Shown here: positions 1 through 8,777 of the stretch, one piece after another
Layout: every line of letters begins with the position of its first letter
How positions within the stretch are numbered: the stretch's first letter is position 1
Program-made: the position numbers and the translations under genes
The notes under the pieces: model-generated
Database searches by the model: none
Seen by the model: only the letters and a program-made list of their open reading frames with translations
What the model was told of the DNA's origin: nothing
Source of the DNA: an uncultured delta proteobacterium
GTDB lineage: Bacteria > Desulfobacterota > Binatia > UBA9968
DNA length: 64,000 bases
Assembly: GCA_963804165.1 (NCBI GenBank)
Contig: CAWDPO010000043.1
Coordinates: 32,001-96,000 of the forward strand
Reading direction: 5' to 3'

Positions 1-1009
1 GGTGGCTGTTGCCGAAAACAGTCCGGGCCAGATCAAGAAGCTGATAGAACCCGCGAAAAGCGTAAAGGGGAGCAGAAGAAGACTTGGCGTTAGGCCTAGA
101 CCCATAAAAAGCCTTCGGGTTAACCACACCTGGGCAAGGAGCGTGACGACACTTAGCCAGGCGTAGTAAGAACCAAAGAAAGCCGCCAACACATCTTTTG
201 ACGGATAAGCTTCCTTTGCCGCGGCCTTGAACTGATAGTCGATCAAAGTCGAAACTATGACCGATACAAAAATAAGCGCTGCGATCGCCTGCAAATAGAG
301 GGAGCCGCGCAGAGTCCCGATGATCCCATTCGCATCGCGGGCCTGCATTTCCCCGGGTGGCACCTCTTCTCGATGGGTTGCTGCGAAGACTCTTTGTCCC
401 TCTCTAACGGCGAACCAGGCCACGCCAAAAGCGCCGGCGAAAAGAACCGCGATCAGCCATAGAAGTTGGTTTGTGCCGAAGAAGAACAGTAACCGCTAAA
501 TTAGCCCCTAATCCGCCGGTCATTGCGCCCAGCGTTCCAGCCGCTGTGAGGATGCCAAAAAGACGTTTGCCCTCGCGTGGATTGAACATGTCATTCACTA
601 AGGTCCAGAACTGCGCAACAGCAACAAGGCCCACGATAGCTGACCACATGTAAAAGCCGTAGATAATCCAAGCAAAATCGTAAAAAGTGATAAGGAGCCA
701 AAAAATAATAACGTTAGAGACAATGACCGCGTGTGAGCCAAGGATGACCTGTGAAAGCGAAAGCCTCGAGGTGTAACGAGAATAGATGCCGATGACCACG
801 CCCGCGAGGAGCGCCGCCAAGAGATAAACATAGGGAAGCTGAGTTATCGGAAAGCGGCTGAGAAAAAGGGAATCCCTGACAATTTTGATAACGTTGTTGG
901 CAGCGAGCAAGAAAAAGAGAAATGCTGCCATCAATCCAATTCGCGCTGCTTCACCGGGACGAACGTCAAAGAAGCGCGAAAAATTGGTCGTTAAAAAGCG
1001 AAGGGTCAC
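1..1009 (-). CDS. Npt1/TLC-like (NTP/NDP exchange) MFS transporter, N-terminal part; frameshift near 470; runs off the window edge
   Basis: FFDVRPGE...IKIVRDSLFL...QFWTLVNDMFNPREGKRLFG pattern; hydrophobic coding continues in another frame to base 1. Confidence 0.7.
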
Positions 1010-1270
1010 GGTTCATCCATTTTGTTGACACAACGAGGAGAGAATTCCGCCCTCGAATGTATAGCCGTGAGAACGACAAGTCTAACGGTGTCAGATCTTC
1101 GCAACGTGGTAGGCCTCGCAATCAAGATTCACCACACTGTTCTGACAAAACTGCGCTGTAACTCCGCTGGCGGGTCGAGAGCCATTTCCCGGGCATGATG
1201 CCTGGTTAAAAATATTGGACACAACCCGTAGGTTGTCACGCAACGACAAGCGACGAACGGAGACCCTGCT

Positions 1271-1445
1271 TCAGGCGCGTTTCGCCTCGACGCGGTAGTT
1301 GCGCATCATTCCCAGATCTTCATGCTCGAGGATGTGGCAGTGATACAGATAAAGCCCAGTGTGGTCCTCGAACTTCATGAGAACTTTGACGCGCTGGCCG
1401 GGCAGAACCAGCACCACATCTAGCCCCTCGTCGGTAAATCCCGCG
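1271..1445 (-). pseudogene. C-terminal remnant of a multicopper oxidase
   Basis: Manual translation gives ...VLVLPGQRVKVLMKFEDHTGLYLYHCHILEHEDLGMMRNYRVEAKRA*, containing the HCHxxxHxxxxM type-1/type-3 Cu motif; no N-terminal part is present. Confidence 0.8.
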
Positions 1446-1474
1446 ATCAGGCCGGATGGGATTTAAGCGTGTCT

Positions 1475-1996
1475 CTAATGATGTGTAGCGTGGTCTCCGT
1501 GGTCGGAGAGCTGTGCTGAAAACCATTGATGGAGCGCCGTGACTAGCTTGGGGTCCTTTGCTTGGTAGCGAATCTGAGCGCCATCCGGCAAAGCTGAATA
1601 GCGAACATCGATTTTTTTCGCTCCTGACTTCAAATCGGCCAGGCCTGGCATATCCTCGCCATGAATTTTTGCCGGGTCAGAAAAATCTCCCTTACGAAAC
1701 TTATCTGACTCTTCTTTTAGGTGGGACTGTATTAATGCAATCTGTTTTTTATTCGAAGGGTCTTTAACGACTACCTTCTGCAGGCCGCCGTCTTCAAGCT
1801 TCTGAAATACATGGGTCGTTTGTTCGAGATCGAACGGCATCACCTTCGCGCCTTTTACAGCGACTTCCTTCTGGCGAGTTTGGGCGGGTAAGATCGCCGT
1901 GGCGAAAAGAACCACAAGCGCTGCGGTCGAAATAATCAGCGCGCCGCCGGTGATAAACGTGTGTGTTTGCTTGGAACAACTCTCGTTGATTTTCAT
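1475..1996 (-). CDS. Uncharacterised exported protein (MPFDLxxTTHxF...HGxDMPG family)
   Basis: Signal-peptide-like N-terminus, conserved-looking His/Met motifs and His-rich C-terminus. Confidence 0.55.
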   Translation of the reverse strand: MKINESCSKQTHTFITGGALIISTAALVVLFATAILPAQTRQKEVAVKGAKVMPFDLEQTTHVFQKLEDGGLQKVVVKDPSNKKQIALIQSHLKEESDKFRKGDFSDPAKIHGEDMPGLADLKSGAKKIDVRYSALPDGAQIRYQAKDPKLVTALHQWFSAQLSDHGDHATHH

Positions 1997-2160
1997 GGGA
2001 CTATAACTCTTTCTGCATCTTGCATTTTGAATCGCGCAAGGGACCCCCGTGGCTTAGGCACCGGGGGTCGTTAGCTCTGCGCGACGACGTTATTAGCTAA
2101 GTCCCACAGGACCGCCAAACGGCGTCAAATTAAATAATGGTGACGAAAGCCGCTCGGCCC

Positions 2161-2442
2161 TTATTCATGGCCTGCTTTGCCTGCGTGATCTTTCATCGCA
2201 TCCCCTGCCTTGCCGTGGCTCTTCATGTCATGCCCAGCCTTGGCCATGTGATTCTTCATCATCTCATGATGCCCTGCCTTGCTCATGTGATTCTTCATCA
2301 TTTCATGATGGCCTGCCTTCATCGCGTGCCCGTCAGCTCCGTGCGTGTCATGCTCCGAACCGTGATCCAACTGGGCAACTGCCACGCCGGATAGAATCGT
2401 GAATGCACCCACTGCGAGACTCACGCCTAGAAATTTTCTCAC
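2161..2442 (-). CDS. Small exported His/Met-rich putative metal (Cu/Ag)-binding protein
   Basis: Signal peptide followed by KAGHHEMMKNHM repeats. Confidence 0.65.
   Translation of the reverse strand: MRKFLGVSLAVGAFTILSGVAVAQLDHGSEHDTHGADGHAMKAGHHEMMKNHMSKAGHHEMMKNHMAKAGHDMKSHGKAGDAMKDHAGKAGHE
2245..2319. repeat. 39-bp in-frame tandem repeat (about 2 copies, 13 aa unit)
   Basis: catgtgattcttcatcatYtcatgatg starts at 2245 and at 2284. Confidence 0.85.
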
Positions 2443-2764
2443 AGCTTCTCACCTCCCTTCTATAAGAGATCTCAACCGCTGATTAGACCACGCTCGATGC
2501 CAAATAGTTCTCTGAGGGAACTAAAAACCGTTGTGTTGACGCACTTCGAAAAAGGCGCGTAGCAGGTCTGTTCAATCATAGACGTAAGATGTGATCAAAA
2601 GGTTTACGCGATTACAATCGAATAAAGTTCTCAAATTGCTTTAGTGTGAAGGAAGTCTGACGGGAAGATCTCTAGCTCTTCGCGGAGCGGTAGAGCTTGG
2701 CTTTGTGGTGATCGGCAGCAAGAAAATTGAAGCGCCCGACGCGAAGAAGCGCGGACGCAAGGTG

Positions 2765-2808
2765 AAAACGGCAGAAGCGGCGGCATAACCCTCTGCTCCG
2801 CTACCTGC
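2765..2808 (-). terminator. Probable intrinsic terminator after the 2811-3032 ORF
   Basis: Minus-strand imperfect GC stem (gcaggtagcggagca...tgccgccgcttctgc) followed by a short T run, directly after the TAA at 2811. Confidence 0.4.
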
Positions 2809-2810
2809 TT

Positions 2811-3032
2811 TTAGACATTTGCCGATTGCTTGCTGGCGTCGTCAGGGAGTTCGGAAGCTTTGCCTTTTCCGAGCCGAACCAGCTCGTCGGTTGCGCTTGC
2901 TCAGGGTCAGCCACCTTTCATAAGCTTCGGCAACTTAAGCTTGAAAATCGCGGAGACGATGCCAGACGCTACACCTAGAGTGCCGGCAAGCACCACGGCA
3001 AGAGGACCGTATTGTTTCCTTTGGGTGCTCAT
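2811..3032 (-). CDS. Candidate 73-aa single-TM selenoprotein with GG-U-P-U-AS motif (not in ORF track)
   Basis: ATG overlaps the upstream stop (TAATG); TGA at 2909-2907 and 2903-2901; open for 29 codons to TAA 2811; hairpin cgagctg-GTT-cggctcg at 2886-2870. Confidence 0.55.
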
Positions 3033-3262
3033 TACGCCGCCCGTTGTTTCTTTACTTGCTCACGCAACTCTTCCAACTCGCGGCGAAGCCGATCTATCTC
3101 ATCGCTATCGCGGTGATGTGGCCCCATGCATATGAAACGACCGCCACTAGCTATAGTGCGCAGCACGACGACCACAACTAAAAAGCAGATCAGTAGCCCG
3201 ATTACAGGGAAGATCCACCAGAAACCCCACATCGGTCCCATCCATGGTCCAGGTCCCCACAT
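3032..3262 (-). CDS. Small membrane protein (G/W/M-rich N-terminus, 1 TM, coiled-coil tail; SHOCT-neighbour type)
   Basis: MWGPGPWMGPMWGFWWIFP, TM segment, EIDRLRRELEELREQV; RBS aggagg. Confidence 0.65.
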   Translation of the reverse strand: MWGPGPWMGPMWGFWWIFPVIGLLICFLVVVVVLRTIASGGRFICMGPHHRDSDEIDRLRRELEELREQVKKQRAA

Positions 3263-3288
3263 GACAGTTTCCTCCTGATAAAATACTG

Positions 3289-3305
3289 AGCAAATGTGGT
3301 GCCCG
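3289..3305 (-). promoter_or_regulatory. Sigma-54 -24/-12 promoter
   Basis: Minus strand GGGCACCACATTTGCT, GG-N10-GC. Confidence 0.55.
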
Positions 3306-3448
3306 GCGAAGCTATTTGTTTATGGGGCACTTCGCGGACTCCGTTCCGCAAATCTGCGAAATCACTAGTGTAAAATTCTCAGCAATAGAAACATGAGTCC
3401 TATGAAAAATTCTTCTGACAGTAACCAGCCGGATTTCTGGACCGGCCG

Positions 3449-3649
3449 CTATTCAACGATGAAGCTCACCCACTTCTCGCCGTTGCGGTCGAAGGAGGTA
3501 ATACAATCGCAGTGCAGCGAAGAAGTATCGGCGCCGGTATCGAGCCTCGCCTCAACAAGGAGATTGCCCGGATGGATCTGAACCTTTTCCACCCATCCAA
3601 CCGTCGTTTTTTCACCGCCATCGACAGATGAAATCAAAGCAAAAGCCAT
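3449..3649 (-). pseudogene. Truncated RimK-associated aspartyl/'ATP-dependent Zn' protease family gene
   Basis: VGWVE...ARLDTGADTSSLH motif; stops at TAG after about 66 aa. Confidence 0.65.
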
Positions 3650-3704
3650 CTGTGCGCTCCCAAGCGGTCGTTCCTGCCCGCTGCGTTGCGCTACTGCCTA
3701 TCTT

Positions 3705-4259
3705 TCACAAACCTTTCTTCTCCAACCAAAAAAGTACGGCACCGAAAACTAAAACAACGGGCACAATCACTGGCCAGGGGTCCGTCCCGATCAAGGAAGG
3801 AATGGTCAGCTTGCCGTAATCGCCGAGCTTAAGAAGGTTATTTTGAATAAACGGATAGACTTCCGAGTAGAGACCGGCACCGATCAAAATACCGAGAACA
3901 CCGCGAAACAAACCGTCTAAGCGACCTTCGCCGAAGGCCGCGGCACAGGTGCCGGGTCAGAAGCCCAAGAGCAACATGCCGACGCCGAAGATCAGACCGC
4001 CGAGAATATTCGCGCCGAGCAGCGTCGGTTTGATGTGGAGATTGACCAAACCAAGATCGTGCAACGCGTAGACGCCGACCATGCCGACCAGGATCGCCGC
4101 GAACATGACTTTTTGCACCGTCAGATCGGTCCAACGGAAAAAGGACACGATCTTCTGATACTTGGTTACTTGTGCTTTTTGCAAAATAAAGCCAAACAGA
4201 ATTCCCGTGACGAGCCCGAGTACGAGGCGCGCCGGACCGGTAATTTCCAGTGGACCCAT
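3705..4259 (-). CDS. YeeE/YedE sulfur/selenium-compound transporter half B, 184 aa with in-frame UGA (Sec candidate at codon 101)
   Basis: GLIFGVGMLLLGF-TGA-PGTCAAAFGEGRLDG matches the family G(Y/F)CPGT motif; the two ORF-track pieces are in the same frame. Confidence 0.85.
3921..3941 (-). promoter_or_regulatory. bSECIS-like hairpin
   Basis: gcggccttc-GGC-gaaggtcgc, 9-bp stem with one G-U pair, starting 15 nt after the UGA at 3957-3959. Confidence 0.65.
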
Positions 4260-4261
4260 AA

Positions 4262-4783
4262 CTACACCCTCCGAAAGATCAGCCGCGCCATGATTGTTCC
4301 TGAAATCATCATTGCGATCAGAAAAATCCAACTGCTCACCGCCAATTGAAGCCCTCCACTGAGGGCGTGGCCGCTCGTTCAGCCATCGGCCAGTCGCGCG
4401 CCGAAACCGACGAAAATGCCACCGAGAATCCCGAGGACCCAACGCTGCGTGTTGCTTGTGCCGAACCGGCTCACCCACATGTCGGGAAGCGAGCCGCTAA
4501 ACGCAACGGCTTTTTGACTTAACCGCGCGGCCAGGTAGGCGCCGATGGGAATGCCGAGCACGAGCATAAATTGCCAGTCGACAATCGGCTTGACGTTATG
4601 CCAGTAAGCGTTCGCCGCCACATGATCCGGCGCGACCAGTCCAACCAGCATGCCAGCGGAGCGTGAGAAAGTAGTCGAAACCGACAGGTAGTAATTCGCG
4701 GTGTAGAACACAGCGATGTTAAGCAGGCCCAGCAGTAAACCTGCTTGCCACCACGACCATTCTTCTTTTTTGAGCCAGTTCAT
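4262..4783 (-). CDS. YeeE/YedE transporter half A, 173 aa with in-frame UGA (Sec candidate at codon 135)
   Basis: FGARLADG-TGA-TSGHALSGGLQLAVSSWIFL matches the family GCTSGH motif; frame stays open to TAG at 4262, next to the start of half B. Confidence 0.85.
4351..4366 (-). promoter_or_regulatory. bSECIS-like hairpin
   Basis: gccctc-AGTG-gagggc perfect 6-bp stem starting 12 nt after the UGA at 4379-4381. Confidence 0.65.
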
Positions 4784-4875
4784 AGAAGATTCTCCGTCGA
4801 ACCATCCGCGGCGGCGAAAACCGTATGCGATTCGGAATTCGCCGCCGTGCTCCCCACTTACTTTTCCGTCCCGCG

Positions 4876-5340
4876 CTACCGCCGCCGCCAGCCGCTCCAC
4901 ACTGGGAAGCCGCTGTCATCGCGCAGCTTCAAGACTTCATCTCCCTTCTTCACCTCCGCCGCGATGATCGCCGGTTTGCCCGCAAAAGTCGTTCTGGTGC
5001 CTTTCACCTCGACTTTGTCTTTCGGTTCGATCTTTACGTCTTGATTCTCGAGGTACCAACTCGGCCCAAGGTGCACAGAGACCGTTTCTTTATCGGTCTT
5101 CACGTTCATGTGAATTCCCGCTGCCATCCCTTTGTTCGGCGTGATCCGATCGATGCCGTCACTTCTCCGGAGATCGTTTCCGCCGCCTTTGGATCGTACA
5201 TTTTATTGTACTGTGTTCCCGGTCCCCAACCACCACTCCCTCGCCACATCATCCCCCCTCTTGGCTGCGCGAAGGACGACAAAGCCGCGAGCGAAATCGC
5301 GATTGCTCCGGCGCACAAAATTAAACCAAGTCTTCTTCAT
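4876..5340 (-). CDS. Exported OB-fold protein (MamS/MamX-like domain); frameshift near 5150
   Basis: Signal peptide, YDPKAAETISGEV...VSVHLGPSWYL...DKVEVKG...LRDDSGFPVW. Confidence 0.6.
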
Positions 5341-5393
5341 TTTTTTCACCTCCTTTCTGCTTCATGCGTTTGATGGTAGGCAATGAGTCGTAG

Positions 5394-5409
5394 AGCAACG
5401 GATATGCCA
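5394..5409 (-). promoter_or_regulatory. Sigma-54 promoter upstream of the OB-fold/YeeE operon
   Basis: TGGCATATCCGTTGCT on the minus strand. Confidence 0.7.
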
Positions 5410-5441
5410 CGATAAAGCTACTGCGTTTTGGGGAGGTTCGC

Positions 5442-6056
5442 TCAATACGTTTTTCGAAATTGCGAAAAGCGGAACCCTACAATTTGCGAACCTAGCGAAA
5501 AACGAAGCGCCCACCAGCGATCGGCAGCCGTCGGAAAGAGAACTCTGGCGCTTAAGAGCTTAGAGGATTCGCTCGGGGGTAAAGGCGCGTCCCCCAGCGG
5601 GCAGGGCGAAGCTGGTGTCTGCCGATGAAAAATTTCGGGCTCAATTTTGATGACGCTTTTGATCGAGTTGGAGACGAAACAATTCTCTTTGGCTTTTTCC
5701 AAGATTCGCGGCATGCGCGCAAGATCGTTGGCCGAAGCCAAGACGACTCGGGGCTTCACGACGATCTCGGTGATCTGAAAACCGCCTCCCTGGACCTTTT
5801 CTAATTTTCCCTTTGCCGTCGAAGACACACTCACCAGCGCGATTTTGGAAAACTCCGCGATGGCGAGCAAGGTGAGCGTGTAGCAGGTGTTCAGCGAGGC
5901 GACGAAGAGATGTTCCGGCGACCAATTGCTCTCCTTGCCTTTAAATTCTGGCGGCGCACCGGCGTCGATAGCCGGCAGCTTACCGCTTGTAACCCGTAAG
6001 TCCTTTTCACCTTTCCACTCGATCTCTGTCTCGTAAAAATAATTCGACTCGCTCAT
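5442..6056 (-). CDS. OsmC/Ohr family protein (C-terminal extension may be an indel artefact)
   Basis: APPEFKG...WSPEHLFVASLNTC...AKENCFVSNS with two conserved Cys. Confidence 0.85.
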   Translation of the reverse strand: MSESNYFYETEIEWKGEKDLRVTSGKLPAIDAGAPPEFKGKESNWSPEHLFVASLNTCYTLTLLAIAEFSKIALVSVSSTAKGKLEKVQGGGFQITEIVVKPRVVLASANDLARMPRILEKAKENCFVSNSIKSVIKIEPEIFHRQTPASPCPLGDAPLPPSESSKLLSARVLFPTAADRWWALRFSLGSQIVGFRFSQFRKTY

Positions 6057-6105
6057 TTTACCGTCCTCTGCCAACAGCGGGTTTTGACCGCCGTCTTTGC
6101 CGGAC

Positions 6106-6297
6106 TCAGTTCAACCACTCCGACACCTTTCCCGCCATTATGACATCGAGAATCTCTTTACAGTCCTCGATCGCGTTATCGACAACTTTCGAGTCGTTCG
6201 AGTGCGATAAGCCCTGTTTAACGGCACCGTGCAGGGCGTGTACAACCTCCTGCAGATGCTCATCGAGTTTTTCAATATTCGGTGCTGCTTGCGGCAT
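6106..6297 (-). CDS. Small hypothetical helical protein
   Basis: RBS ggagg; co-oriented within the operon. Confidence 0.5.
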   Translation of the reverse strand: MPQAAPNIEKLDEHLQEVVHALHGAVKQGLSHSNDSKVVDNAIEDCKEILDVIMAGKVSEWLN

Positions 6298-6314
6298 ATG
6301 ACCTCCGTTCCATT

Positions 6315-7031
6315 TTAGATATAGCGACGACCTTTGAGCGGGTCAGGAATTTTGAGCCCCATGCTTTCCAAAATCGGATTGACCTCTTTGATGTAATCCT
6401 CTCGCGCTTGTTCGTTGGAGCGTCGTTTGAGACCCCAATAGCGATAGCGCTCGGCCCGTTGTGAACCGCTCCGACCGAACATATCGAGGGCTCGCACATA
6501 CCAATAATCGATCGCTTTCTGCACCCGCTCCTTTTGCTGGTCGCCTTTCGACAACAGCTCCAGCGTTTTGTTATAGCCATATTCGATATGGCCTAGCTCC
6601 TCGGCCACGATATCCGGCAGAATGCGCTGCAATGGCAGATAACTGCAGTCGTAAAATTCTTCCAACTGGTATCGTCCGATTCGATCGATCAAGAAACCGA
6701 AGACGGCATTGTCCTCCCAGGTCGTGATCAGACCGCGAAACGCATCGACGAAACGCTTTTCATTGGGTTGGCTCAGCACGAAGGTAACGTCCGTACCCAT
6801 ATCGCCGGCCAAGCGCGCTACTTTGCGAAAATGGTCGATCTCCTCGGCGGCCGTGCGTGCGACGATGAGTTGATCCAGCTTTGTCGGCGCAGCCGGCAGC
6901 ATCTTCTCTATGTAAAGATGGGGTCCGCCGATCTCGCAGTCCGCCTGAATCGTTAACACGCGGCCTAGGAGATCTTTGTATTCCGGATCCATCTTGTCAA
7001 AATCCTTGAGCTCGATCTTATCGGTAAACAT
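6315..7031 (-). CDS. PaaA/PaaC-like ferritin-fold di-iron protein
   Basis: QADCE, AAEEIDHF, LIDR, AEELGH, ALDMFG motifs of the phenylacetyl-CoA epoxidase family. Confidence 0.75.
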   Translation of the reverse strand: MFTDKIELKDFDKMDPEYKDLLGRVLTIQADCEIGGPHLYIEKMLPAAPTKLDQLIVARTAAEEIDHFRKVARLAGDMGTDVTFVLSQPNEKRFVDAFRGLITTWEDNAVFGFLIDRIGRYQLEEFYDCSYLPLQRILPDIVAEELGHIEYGYNKTLELLSKGDQQKERVQKAIDYWYVRALDMFGRSGSQRAERYRYWGLKRRSNEQAREDYIKEVNPILESMGLKIPDPLKGRRYI

Positions 7032-7087
7032 TTCTCGTCTCCCCCTTTTTTAGGCGTGGCTTGGTCCTCCGTATGAGCAGTGAAAGG

Positions 7088-7103
7088 AGCAAGACAGGTG
7101 CCA
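7088..7103 (-). promoter_or_regulatory. Sigma-54 promoter
   Basis: TGGCACCTGTCTTGCT on the minus strand. Confidence 0.7.
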
Positions 7104-7342
7104 GTGATCTAACGCATTTCTACAAGAGAAATCATCAAAGGCATTTGTTATTTTCTCATTAGTCGGAGATTTGGCGATTTGCATTCTCATGATTAGGAAG
7201 GTTTTCTTGGCGCCGCTAATTGTGATTTGATGCTGACACTTCCTTTGCCGGGAGCTCTCAAGAAGATTCATGTCCACTGCATCGGAGGATGCCAAAACAG
7301 TTCAAGCTCTTCCGCAGATGGAGATTTGCGCCTAAATATTGA

Positions 7343-8305
7343 CTACAGCTCGTCGCGTCCCACGAATTCGCGCAAGATATCCGTGTAGGTAATCATGCCG
7401 ATCACTTTGTCGTGTTCGTCCACTACCGGTAACCCGCCCACATGCCATCGCAACATCAACGCGGCCGCCTCTTTGAGCGTGGTCTCAGGCTTTACACTGA
7501 CGGGATCGAACACGGCCGCTTGCTGCACCGCGATCGACCAGAGCTGCACCGCGGCCTCCTCCTTGCTGACGAAGGCTAGGGACGGACGAATCAGGCGGAT
7601 ATCGCGGTCGGTCAGCATGCCGAGCAACTTCGCTTCGTCGTCCACTACCGGTAAATGGCGGTAGTGACCGTGTTCCATCTTCCAGATCGCGTCCTTGAGC
7701 GCGTCGCCCGGCTTGACGGTGGCCGGGTTCCTCGACATCCGCTCCTTCACCTTGGCCGCTTTCTTATCGCGGCGTCCTGACGCGGCCGACGGCATGACAA
7801 ACGGCATATGCTTGAGATATTCGCGTTCGAGATTTTCGTACTCCACCAGCTGGACGCGGCCCGAGGTGAGTATATCCTCGACCTCTCGTGATGCCGCCAC
7901 GCCCTGTTCGATCCAAAAAGTTGAAACACCGCGGTCGACCGCCGCGCGCGCCAGCTCGACGAAATCGATGCCCTCATTCGGATAGACTTGAACGATATCG
8001 ATCTTACCGGGAATATCGCGCAGCGTGCGGTAACAACGGAGTCCAAGAAAACTTTCTCGATCCGGAAAGACCGGGATGATTTCCAGGCTCAGCCCTAGAA
8101 GCCTTTCGACGGCGACAAAACTCGCGCTCTCCGGATCCACACTGGCGCCGATCACGGCAATCCGACGGCAATTTTCCAGGATCGCTTTTCGCTGGCGCCG
8201 TAGCAGATAAACTCTTCTGCTCAAATCTCCGGCCCAATACTGGTCGATTTGGTGATGGCGCATTTGGTCCGGGGTAATTTCGTTCTGAGTTTCAATTAGA
8301 GACAT
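7343..8305 (-). CDS. CoA-binding (YccU-like) domain fused to a CBS pair
   Basis: RIAVIGAS...IPGKIDIVQV...FWIEQG followed by two CBS repeats (RHLPVVD, GGLPVVD). Confidence 0.8.
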   Translation of the reverse strand: MSLIETQNEITPDQMRHHQIDQYWAGDLSRRVYLLRRQRKAILENCRRIAVIGASVDPESASFVAVERLLGLSLEIIPVFPDRESFLGLRCYRTLRDIPGKIDIVQVYPNEGIDFVELARAAVDRGVSTFWIEQGVAASREVEDILTSGRVQLVEYENLEREYLKHMPFVMPSAASGRRDKKAAKVKERMSRNPATVKPGDALKDAIWKMEHGHYRHLPVVDDEAKLLGMLTDRDIRLIRPSLAFVSKEEAAVQLWSIAVQQAAVFDPVSVKPETTLKEAAALMLRWHVGGLPVVDEHDKVIGMITYTDILREFVGRDEL

Positions 8306-8606
8306 AAGTTGCTCCCTTCGTTACTTGCAGCGAGTCCGCTCCGCTGTGAAGCTGGCATCGCTGATCGTAAAGAGAGCAAGAGACATACCAGCAAAAAGCG
8401 TAAGTTTTTGAGAGCGTAACCTTTGGTCGTTAGCAACTGTGATAAAATACAGTTTCTCTTTTGCAGTACTGCGAAGGCGCGACGATAATCGGAACACCTT
8501 CTAAATATAGCCAGTTTCGTCCGCTGAATAGCCGTCGATGCCATCGAGGGCGTCAGCGAATTCAGGAATTCTAAGCGTTGAACGGCCGTAGTTGAGAAGT
8601 GAATCT

Positions 8607-8765
8607 TCATGTTACCGGGTCTTCGTCTTTATCAGGACTCTTACGCCGAGACTCGACGTTACACGTGCCGGACATTCACGTCGGCACTCCGAAACGCGGT
8701 AACACCCAACGCATGAGCACCACATAGCCGATCAGAAAAACAATAAACCAAAACCAATCAGGCAT
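8607..8765 (-). CDS. Candidate 52-aa single-TM selenoprotein, LPRFGVPT-U-MSGTC (not in ORF track)
   Basis: RBS aaagga; MPDWFWFIVFLIGYVVLMRWVLPRFGVPT-TGA(8678-8676)-MSGTCNVESRRKSPDKDEDPVT*; hairpin acgtcga-GTC-tcggcgt at 8659-8643. Confidence 0.6.
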
Positions 8766-8777
8766 GGAGTCTTCCTT

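Noticed and set aside
2030-2140. Possible riboswitch upstream of the 1475-1996 gene
   Set aside because: Only one GC hairpin is present, with no recognisable aptamer consensus
3449-3451. Read-through of the protease fragment stop codon
   Set aside because: The stop is TAG, it is not at a Cys position, and no recognisable continuation follows
4876-5340. MamS/MamX-like gene as a sign of a magnetosome island
   Set aside because: No other mam genes and no magnetochrome CxxCH; this OB-fold is widespread
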